The position numbers were made by a program, and so were the translations under genes. From assembly GCA_030587475.2 (NCBI GenBank), contig JAUQYZ020000048.1:1-14994 (forward strand): a stretch of 14,994 nt of DNA, written 5' to 3'. The notes beneath the pieces were generated by a model. The model was given only the letters and a program-made list of their open reading frames with translations, had not been told where the DNA came from and made no database searches. The DNA comes from Candidatus Sigynarchaeum calidifontis (GTDB taxonomy: Archaea; Asgardarchaeota; Lokiarchaeia; Sigyniarchaeales; Sigyniarchaeaceae). Shown piece by piece: positions 1-8,870 of this stretch. How positions within the stretch are numbered: position 1 is the stretch's first letter; each line of letters starts with the position of its first letter.

Positions 1-1625
<1,625 letters not shown>

Positions 1626-2065
1626 TCATTCCAAATTAATCAATACTGGATACGCGTCAAGGACATTTGAGTTTTTCGAGCCGGATCGAGCTGGATCTAA
1701 TTCGATATTTACCTCGCCATTGCTTTCATTTCCAAGAATTTTTATCAGAAAAGGTTGATTCGCAATTTTTTTCACGACCAGCCAATTATATTCCATTAGA
1801 TTAGAGACATGGTAGATCCCATCGATCGATAGTGAAGGGTTTTACTAGGTGTAAAATTGCATTTTCGAGCCAGTTCCATGCAACTTGAGCCCGATTCTTC
1901 TGAAAATGAAGAAATTAAGAAAAAAGAAAGCTGCCGCGATATCAATAATCGCGCGAAACTTGTTTGTCTTTAGAAAAGCCTTGTGCAAATGACAATTACT
2001 CTTTATTTAGAGGGCATGAACATTATCGCGTAAAATAATTCAGAAAAAACTCGTTCGGCTCAATA

Positions 2066-2938
2066 TTACGATACATTCTTTTCTGGTTCCTTAATAGGTG
2101 CGGATGGGGTTGAGGCAGGTGCTGGTTTCAAGATCTCGACGGCTTTTATTTTCTTATTCTTGATCAAGAGCCGTATCTTCCGGTTATCGATGAACATGAA
2201 ACCATCTTTTAAAGGAGTATTGAATTCTTCCCAACTTTCGATTTCAACTTCTTGATCAAAAACTTTGCCTTTTTTCTTCACGTTGACATATAGACTCTCG
2301 TTGAGGATGAGATGTTCTCTACTTATCCCATTGGATTCATCAGGCAACTTTTCCTTGAGCACGGCATCGAGGATTTCTTGCTTCTCCTTCTCTGACATCC
2401 CGGATGGCGCAACTCCAGCACCAATGTTGGTAACGGGGCCAAATGAAGCCATGGCAGCTCCCGCCTTTTCCATGAACTTCGCCAGATTTGACGATGCCTT
2501 GACCGTATTGCTCGTGGAGGGGGGTTGTTGATCACGGACGATATCCGGTTGTTTCATCAAGTCCTCGAACTTCTTGGCTTCTTCCTCGGCTGCTTTCTTT
2601 TTCGCCTCCAAGCGTTGAGCTTCGGTCTTGATGTTTTTCAACTCCAAATTCACGATAAATTCATCTGGCTCGTCATCTTGGTCGATGGCCACGATCTTGT
2701 GCTGCATCCCGGCATTTTTCACGCGCTCGCGCTGGATTTGACTGGCGACCCGGCTCGAAATGAATTTTTTATTGACCGGAGCCTTGCGTCCTTGATAGAT
2801 ATACAAGCGCCGAACCTCCGGGCATAATAATATCAAGACCTCGTCTTCTTTTAGAAGAGATTCGACATTGTCAAGTGTAACGTCGTCGATGCGCGAGTAT
2901 TCGCCGCTATCATGCAGCTTGAAGACTTCTAGTTCCAT
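2066..2938 (-). CDS. Asgard gelsolin-domain protein, 1DGelX-type (single gelsolin domain, linker, Domain X)
   Basis: The N-terminal ~100 aa fit the gelsolin repeat (LKEDEVLIL...LYIYQGRKA...KFISSRVA...IVAIDQDDEPDEF). The C-terminal ~90 aa (EILDAVL..LP...REHLILNESLY...DGFMF...RLLIKNKKIKAVEILK) resemble the Asgard Domain X as I recall it. Confidence 0.8.
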   Translation of the reverse strand: MELEVFKLHDSGEYSRIDDVTLDNVESLLKEDEVLILLCPEVRRLYIYQGRKAPVNKKFISSRVASQIQRERVKNAGMQHKIVAIDQDDEPDEFIVNLELKNIKTEAQRLEAKKKAAEEEAKKFEDLMKQPDIVRDQQPPSTSNTVKASSNLAKFMEKAGAAMASFGPVTNIGAGVAPSGMSEKEKQEILDAVLKEKLPDESNGISREHLILNESLYVNVKKKGKVFDQEVEIESWEEFNTPLKDGFMFIDNRKIRLLIKNKKIKAVEILKPAPASTPSAPIKEPEKNVS

Positions 2939-2968
2939 ATTTATCTATGAAAAATAACAACCTCGGGC

Positions 2969-2977
2969 ATATTAAAA
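2969..2977 (-). promoter_or_regulatory. Putative archaeal TATA box of the gelsolin gene
   Basis: TTTTAATAT on the minus strand, ~30 nt upstream of the ATG at 2938. Confidence 0.4.
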
Positions 2978-3009
2978 TCGCGGTTCCATTCTACATGGGA
3001 CAGATTTGG

Positions 3010-4530
3010 TCATCGGAGATTGCGCCTCGCCTTCCTGGCCCCGGCACGCGCCCGAGGCGCGCCCCGCCGCGTGATCTGGTACAAGATGTAAACAACGACG
3101 ACCCCGAGCACCGCGAGGATGACGATGAGCACCTGGTTCATGTCAGCTCCTAGCACGAACTCGACCACCATGTAATCGACGCGATACGTGAAATAATTCG
3201 TGGCTTGCGCGTCGATCTTCATGCTGAATATGCCAGCAGCACTAACATATGTTTCCCGCTTGATGATGGTGGCGCCAGATTTGTTGCTCTCGAAAGAGAA
3301 TTCCTCGGCCGGGATTTCAATGTAAGGGGTATAATTAGCAAATTTATCGTAAGTTTTTGATGTCTGGTTGAATAGCCAGATCATGCCCTTTCCATTGGCA
3401 AGGGGCGTGTAACTCGCTTTCAAGTAAAGTTTTGCCGATGAGGACCGCGTGAAATAATTCCCAAGGTTGAAGATGAAGTACGCGGCGAAGGTCGCGTCCG
3501 CCACGTGATCGTTCAGGTTGTTGTGGGACGTGATGTCGACATAGGGCTCGTAATCCGTGTTGAAGGTCATCGCGGGCACGGCGCTGTTGTGGCTTGTAAG
3601 GTTGTAGCTCAGGCCCAGGGCATCGATGTAAAAGACGTGTGATGCGTGATAGCTCGCGTTCGTCCGGATGGCCGTCATCATGGTCACCGTGTTGAACAGC
3701 TTGAGAGTGCTGTTCATTGTCCATGTACTGGAATTGTACACTTCCACGTTGTTGATGCGGATGGCCCAGGAGTTGTTGAAATGATATGCGAGCCTGACAT
3801 GGTACCACTTGTTCGGTTCGTATTGGATGGCGGATTGATTGGTGAGCATTGGCCCCGTCCAGCTGGATTGCCAAAAGAATTTGGAAGTTTTGCCACCAAT
3901 CGGCGTGATACCGAAGCTGATGCCATGGTTGGAACCGACGTTTTGGCCTTGAGATATCGAATAATACCGAGCCGATTTGTTGTCGCCGAAGGTGATCATG
4001 AAGGTCCCGTTCGTCGCCTCTGACAAGAAATAGAATTCAAGCCAGCCGTTTATCACGTTCAAGGCGCTGCTGTCATGCACGGGATAGCGTTGGGTTATGA
4101 GTTGGTTAGAAAATGCCCAGAGATCGTAGGGTGGTGCATAATAATACCTGTCCTGGATGCGAATGACTTTCTTGTGTGAATTATAGGAAGCATCGATCTT
4201 CTCGTCCTTGAATTCGACCGGCATGTTGTAAGTGGATTGTGTCACGTTGAAATATTTCGAGATGATATCGCTGTCCGACTCGATCTTGTAGGACTCGTAA
4301 TAGTTCTTATCGCCGGACTTGTTCGAGGAGAACGTCATGTACTGGCTGTCGTTGCCGGTGAGATATGCCATGTCGGTCTGGTTCTGGATGCCCGCCTTGA
4401 CGACGATCTGGGCGGGGCCGACGACCTCGGAGACCGCGGAAACGCCGTGAATCATTATCGTTGTTATAAAGGAGAGCACGAAGATGGTCGAAATGATCAA
4501 GTGGATTTTTTGCCTCTTCATTAGCGCCAT
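3010..4530 (-). CDS. Single-pass cell-surface glycoprotein with a ConA/LamG-like beta-sandwich
   Basis: The likely start is ATG 4530 or 4521, which puts a signal-peptide-like segment at the N-terminus (KRQK-IHLIISTIFVLSFITTIMIHGVSA). LamG-like motifs GWLEFYF and YEPNKWYHVRLAY..WAIRINN..FYIDAL; 15 N-x-S/T sequons; C-terminal TM helix (VLIVILAVLGVVVVYILY) and a basic tail. Confidence 0.75.
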   Translation of the reverse strand: MALMKRQKIHLIISTIFVLSFITTIMIHGVSAVSEVVGPAQIVVKAGIQNQTDMAYLTGNDSQYMTFSSNKSGDKNYYESYKIESDSDIISKYFNVTQSTYNMPVEFKDEKIDASYNSHKKVIRIQDRYYYAPPYDLWAFSNQLITQRYPVHDSSALNVINGWLEFYFLSEATNGTFMITFGDNKSARYYSISQGQNVGSNHGISFGITPIGGKTSKFFWQSSWTGPMLTNQSAIQYEPNKWYHVRLAYHFNNSWAIRINNVEVYNSSTWTMNSTLKLFNTVTMMTAIRTNASYHASHVFYIDALGLSYNLTSHNSAVPAMTFNTDYEPYVDITSHNNLNDHVADATFAAYFIFNLGNYFTRSSSAKLYLKASYTPLANGKGMIWLFNQTSKTYDKFANYTPYIEIPAEEFSFESNKSGATIIKRETYVSAAGIFSMKIDAQATNYFTYRVDYMVVEFVLGADMNQVLIVILAVLGVVVVYILYQITRRGAPRARAGARKARRNLR

Positions 4531-4631
4531 GCACGCTCGTCTGGTGTGGATCTGGCGGACTTTTCTGACATCAAGATAACGTTGCAAAAGATAACCTTTC
4601 CGAGTGCAAGAGAAACACTCGTACCACGCGG

Positions 4632-5753
4632 TTACCTCCATAGCATGTTACATGTGGGACAACAGCCCCCCTCGACCTCCAAGATGACCTTTCCACAGCC
4701 TTCATGGAAGATAGCCTTGCAATTGGGGCATACATACACCTTGCTGTCCGAAGCGGATATTTCACCATCGCCCAACCCGCACGGTTGTCCGGCCATGGAC
4801 GTGGAATCAACAAGGTCCACGCCACGAGAGGCGGGCTCGTCAGGCTCGCCGAGAAGCTCCATCTTTGGCTCTACGAATGCCTCGGGGGGAGGGACTGGAG
4901 AAGGACCGGCTGGCGTGATGCGAGTCGAGTAAAGATCATGGTATCCCTTCATGCTCGAATAATTCAAGTCGATCTCCTTCTCTCGCTCGACCGGGTTGAT
5001 CAAATTCAATCCGACTTTGAGATCCGTTGATATCTTCCCTTCTTTATCGTAAAGGATCTTGTCATCGATAACATCCTTAAGGGAATCGGCACTGACCCAT
5101 TCGTCATCCTCGTACGTCTCTTCTTCTGGTTGCTGAAAATCCAGACCTTGTGCCACCGCTGGTTCCTGACCATGATCCTCGCTAGTGGATGGCACGGTTG
5201 ATTCCTGGCCCTCGACACTTTCCCGTGCCGGTTCCTGGGCTGCGTCTTGTTTCGCCATTGCTACGAGCTCCTCCTCGCCAGTAACGATGTCCTCGACCGA
5301 GATGACCTTGATGTCATCCTCGCTACTTTCTGGTACCTTCACGGGACGCGTTCTTTCAATGGAAGTCGATGGGGGGATAGCAGTCATTACGAAACCGGTC
5401 GGCTTCTCATCCGTGGCTTGTGCCGGGATCGAGCCTCGCTTGGCGAGGGCAAGTGTGGTCTTCAGATCGAGCGGGTGCTTCCCGCTCTTGATAGATTCCT
5501 CGATCTTGGTCTTGTTCAACGCGTAATTCTCCGTGCCACGTTTCACGTACGAGGGCATGATCTTACATAACATCGAGAGTAGTTTCTCTGCGATGGCTCG
5601 CTTGCCCGGTTCGTCGTTCGATTCAAGGATGGCGACCAGTATCTTTAAACCACTGAAAAAAATCTTCGGATCTTTCGATGACAGCATCTCGATTGCGTAC
5701 TTGAGATCCGAGGGAATTTGCGTCGATCCTTGTATATTCTCGTCGATCTGCAA
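4632..5753 (-). CDS. RING-like zinc-finger protein (HEAT/ARM-like N-terminus, acidic disordered middle, C-terminal RING-like domain)
   Basis: C-terminus CGLGD-x12-CPNC-x4-HEGC-x10-CCPTCNMLW. N-terminus LKYAIEMLSSKDPKIFFSGLKILVAIL is helical-repeat-like. TTG start. Confidence 0.7.
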   Translation of the reverse strand: MQIDENIQGSTQIPSDLKYAIEMLSSKDPKIFFSGLKILVAILESNDEPGKRAIAEKLLSMLCKIMPSYVKRGTENYALNKTKIEESIKSGKHPLDLKTTLALAKRGSIPAQATDEKPTGFVMTAIPPSTSIERTRPVKVPESSEDDIKVISVEDIVTGEEELVAMAKQDAAQEPARESVEGQESTVPSTSEDHGQEPAVAQGLDFQQPEEETYEDDEWVSADSLKDVIDDKILYDKEGKISTDLKVGLNLINPVEREKEIDLNYSSMKGYHDLYSTRITPAGPSPVPPPEAFVEPKMELLGEPDEPASRGVDLVDSTSMAGQPCGLGDGEISASDSKVYVCPNCKAIFHEGCGKVILEVEGGCCPTCNMLWR

Positions 5754-5865
5754 GCCAAGAAACCGAAGAGGCTCGGGAATTCTTTACTCATCTCCAATTT
5801 GCTAAACACACAGATGCATGGATATTATGAAAACAAGGGCATATAAGCAAGAAGCAAAGGCGGAT

Positions 5866-7266
5866 TTACAAGGTTTTATCGCGAATTTTCTGCGCAATGA
5901 CCGTCATGAGATAGGATGCTGGAAAAGGAGCTTTCTTGATGAATTTTTCCACGATGTCCCGCGCCGCATCCATGTCGGTGTAGTACCGGTCGACACGAGC
6001 AACGATTTTCTTGATCTTGTCTTCGTTTTTCTTGATAACCTTCGGCAAATCTTGCGTGAGGTATTTCTGCTCGAGCTGGTTGAGCTGCTCCTCCTTGACT
6101 TGGTTGATCAAGGTGATGGACTCGTCCATCAACCCGCGGAGCGCTTTTTCCGTGGGGCGGTAAACGGTGAACCGGCCCTTCTCCACTTCCAGCATCTCGA
6201 GATACTTCTCCAGGTCTTTCGATTTTTTCTTCATCAAGTCCGGCTTCCGCATCTTGAGAAGGGATTGCACGTTTTTCGATACGGCCTTGAGCGCACGATG
6301 CTGGTCTTCGAGTGGCAAGTCCTGGAATCGCTTTTCTTGGGGCTCACTCGGGACGACGGGCGCGACCCGCTGGATTTGCTGCGTCGAGACGACCATCTTG
6401 CTTGTTTTTTTATCCGCCCCCTTGGTTGTTGGCTCGGGCTGGAGCGCCGCGGGCTTGGTTTTCGCTTCCGATGCATTTTTTTTCAGAGATTTCTCGGGCT
6501 CCACTGCCTTCTGTACTTGATCTGCTTTCACGACTTTTTTATCTTTCTTGACTGCCGACGCGGGTGCCGGGGAAGGTTGTACCGGTAATTCGGGTGACGC
6601 TGTGGATGCGGGTGCAGGGCTTGCAAGAGCCGACTTCCCGGGAACTTGGTTCACGGCAGCCACGTTCGAATCGATGTTTACCGATGACTTCGAGGCACCC
6701 ACCTTCTGGATCTGGCTCGATTGCACGACCAGCTTTTCCTTTTTTGCCATGGCAGGAGCCGGCCCTGCGGAAGAAGCCCTTGTCGACGATTCACGCGCTG
6801 CCGATAGCGTGGATGCGAGATTTACTTGGGAACCGCCCGCGGTGTCCGAAGCAGAACCAATGACGCCCGACGCTTTTTGTTTGGGCATGCTCTTGCCCGT
6901 CGTGGCCTTCACGAGCTGGGCGCCGGCCTCGCTGTCGATTGCCTTTTCAGAAGGCACGCCAGAAACCTCGGCCCGCCGTGCCACCAGTCCCTTGTTTTTT
7001 TCGATTCTGGTCTCGCTCTCATCCCTGCTGAAAACGACCTTGGTTCTCGTGCGCTGGAGGAATTGTTCAGTGGCGGGATCGGGAGCGAGGGTACTGCCGG
7101 ATTGTGCTAGACTTTGCTCGAGGCTCGGTGCTTGTCCTTGCTTCTCTAATATGGCTGCGATCAACGCTTCCTTTGTTAACTTGGAATAACCCTTCACGTC
7201 GCAGTCCTTGCAAATTTTTTTCAATTCAGGGACTGTTTTTGACTCGAGCTCGGCCCGTGAATTCAA
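5866..7266 (-). CDS. Rho_N/HeH (SAP-like) domain protein with long A/S/P/K-rich disordered region and helical C-terminal domain
   Basis: ELESKTVPELKKICKDCDVKGYSKLTKEALIAAIL matches the Rho-N helix-extension-helix pattern. There is no Rho ATPase domain. TTG start, with a TATA 28 nt upstream. Confidence 0.8.
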   Translation of the reverse strand: MNSRAELESKTVPELKKICKDCDVKGYSKLTKEALIAAILEKQGQAPSLEQSLAQSGSTLAPDPATEQFLQRTRTKVVFSRDESETRIEKNKGLVARRAEVSGVPSEKAIDSEAGAQLVKATTGKSMPKQKASGVIGSASDTAGGSQVNLASTLSAARESSTRASSAGPAPAMAKKEKLVVQSSQIQKVGASKSSVNIDSNVAAVNQVPGKSALASPAPASTASPELPVQPSPAPASAVKKDKKVVKADQVQKAVEPEKSLKKNASEAKTKPAALQPEPTTKGADKKTSKMVVSTQQIQRVAPVVPSEPQEKRFQDLPLEDQHRALKAVSKNVQSLLKMRKPDLMKKKSKDLEKYLEMLEVEKGRFTVYRPTEKALRGLMDESITLINQVKEEQLNQLEQKYLTQDLPKVIKKNEDKIKKIVARVDRYYTDMDAARDIVEKFIKKAPFPASYLMTVIAQKIRDKTL

Positions 7267-7293
7267 CTCGCTTCAACCAATTCTCAGATCGTG

Positions 7294-7301
7294 CTATATA
7301 A
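7294..7301 (-). promoter_or_regulatory. TATA box of the Rho_N/HeH gene
   Basis: TTATATAG on the minus strand, 28 nt upstream of the start codon; consistent with a near-leaderless mRNA. Confidence 0.55.
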
Positions 7302-7307
7302 TGAACA

Positions 7308-7323
7308 CAGCATTTAAATGCTG
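7308..7323. promoter_or_regulatory. Perfect 16-bp palindrome, candidate operator in the divergent promoter region
   Basis: CAGCATTTAAATGCTG is its own reverse complement. Confidence 0.5.
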
Positions 7324-7388
7324 ATTGGTGTAGCTATCGGGCAACACGCGTAGCCGGTCGATTTACTCGCATCCCGGGAGATTTATCA

Positions 7389-7402
7389 CAAAACACTTTA
7401 AA
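7389..7402 (+). promoter_or_regulatory. Putative BRE/TATA of the aminotransferase block
   Basis: CAAAACAC-TTTAAA, ~33 nt upstream of the ATG at 7435. Confidence 0.45.
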
Positions 7403-7434
7403 GCGGGCGGAAGTCCTTAAAGGAAATTCAAGAG

Positions 7435-8805
7435 ATGACCGATACCATGTCCTCCCCACCAGATTTTCTCGCCCTCAAGCAAACACCTATTTGGGAAGCA
7501 TTTTCTCCTTTCGGAAAGCGCGTGTATCTCCCGCAAGGAATTTTCTACTGGGCGGGCTTGGCCAAGAACGCGGCTATCAACGCGACCATTGGCGATGCCA
7601 AGGGTGCCGAGCTCAACCAATACCTGGACGTCAAATCGACAAAATCAATCACGTTCTTCGTGAAAAACATTGCTGAGCTTCTCGGCACGGGCGTCGACGC
7701 GAGCATAATCTCGTCGTATGCGCCCATCGCCGGCCTTCCCGAATTACGCGCGAAGTGGAAGGACTGGATCCTCGAGAAGTGCAGCTTGAAGTCGTCATCG
7801 AACGTGCCATCCCTCGTGTCGACACCCGTGGTCGTCGCGGGTGTGACCAACGCCATTTACTTCACAGTGAAGTTTTTCGCCAACGAGGGCGAGACCGTGC
7901 TCGTGGCCGACAAGTATTGGGAAAATTACGACACGATCATCAACTTGAATCTCGGCGCGAACCTCGATGTGTTCAACACGTTCAAGGATGGCAAGTTCGA
8001 CGTCACCGCGATGCGCGTGAAGGCCGAAGAGATCGGCAAGAAGCAAGGAAAGGTCATTCTTTTGCTCAACTTCCCGAACAACCCGACCGGCTACTCGCCC
8101 AGCACCGCGGAGATGACGAGCATCGCTGATGCAATCGTCAAGGTTGCAGATACGCTGCAAAAGCCGGTAGTCGTCATGATAGACGATGCCTACGAGGGTT
8201 ACGTGTACGACAAGGCCGCGGAGAAGCGAAGTTTGTTCGCATTCCTTCTCGACAAGCACCCCAAGGTCATCCCGGTCAAGATGGATGGGGCATCGAAGGA
8301 GCTGTTATTCTATGGCGGCCGCGTCGGGTTCATGACCTATGGCTTTTCCAGCAAGTGGGGAGTCGACCTCAAGAAAGTCGACGACGACTTGAACAACAAG
8401 CTATCGGGCGCGGTTCGGGGCACGAACTCGAACGGCCCGCACATCTCGCAACTGCTCGTGCTCAAGATGCTCGAGGCCATGCCCAAGTCGATCGAGAACC
8501 GCCAGAAAGTGATCGCCGTGCTCGAGGAGCGGTACAACGCGTTCAAGAAGGCCGGCGAAAAACTCCACCAACCAAAGAAGGGTATCTACTGGGATCCCTA
8601 CAATGGGGGCTATTTCGCGTTTTTAAACCTTCCGAAATCGTTACCCGCCGATCAGATCGCTAAAAAATTGCTCGACGAGCAGAAGCTCGGCGTCATCCCC
8701 GTGCAAACCAAGACGGGAGTCAATGGCCTACGCATCGCGTATTGCTCCATGCCCATTGCTGATATCACCCCCGCCCTTGACAAGATCGCAGCAATACTGC
8801 AATGA
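7435..8805 (+). CDS. PLP-dependent aminotransferase class I/II (aspartate aminotransferase-like)
   Basis: NATIG, YAPIAGLPELR, NFPNNPTG, DDAY, SK (PLP lysine) in DGASKELLFYGGRVG, and C-terminal LRIAY. Confidence 0.92.
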   Translation: MTDTMSSPPDFLALKQTPIWEAFSPFGKRVYLPQGIFYWAGLAKNAAINATIGDAKGAELNQYLDVKSTKSITFFVKNIAELLGTGVDASIISSYAPIAGLPELRAKWKDWILEKCSLKSSSNVPSLVSTPVVVAGVTNAIYFTVKFFANEGETVLVADKYWENYDTIINLNLGANLDVFNTFKDGKFDVTAMRVKAEEIGKKQGKVILLLNFPNNPTGYSPSTAEMTSIADAIVKVADTLQKPVVVMIDDAYEGYVYDKAAEKRSLFAFLLDKHPKVIPVKMDGASKELLFYGGRVGFMTYGFSSKWGVDLKKVDDDLNNKLSGAVRGTNSNGPHISQLLVLKMLEAMPKSIENRQKVIAVLEERYNAFKKAGEKLHQPKKGIYWDPYNGGYFAFLNLPKSLPADQIAKKLLDEQKLGVIPVQTKTGVNGLRIAYCSMPIADITPALDKIAAILQ

Positions 8806-8870
8806 TGGGCACGTTTTTTTCCTTTCCTTGTTTCTCTTGCTTATCACGATAACACACGGGGTACTCTCGC

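Noticed and set aside
1626-1628. In-frame TGA upstream of gyrB as a selenocysteine or readthrough codon
   Set aside because: No redox motif around it, no SECIS-like element seen, and GyrB is complete from 1613/1607.
2024-2037. TATCGCGTAAAATA, 13/14 identical to 11743-11756, plus the CGCGAT-N7-ATCGCG repeat at 1935-1953
   Set aside because: Short and partly AT-rich; the TATA-like part is weak here and would point antisense to gelsolin, so it cannot be told from chance.
4531-4641. N-terminal 37 aa of the ORF-track call 3010..4641
   Set aside because: It overlaps the upstream gene's end and would bury the signal peptide; ATG 4530/4521 fits better.
5818-7189. Long plus-strand ORFs 5818-6588 and 6548-7189 (likewise 8844-9371, 10095-10934, 11843-12457, 13045-13629)
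   Set aside because: Antisense or alternate-frame shadows of well-supported genes, with no motifs of their own.
5866-7266. Transcription termination factor Rho
   Set aside because: Only the small N-terminal HeH domain is present; no OB-fold or P-loop ATPase.
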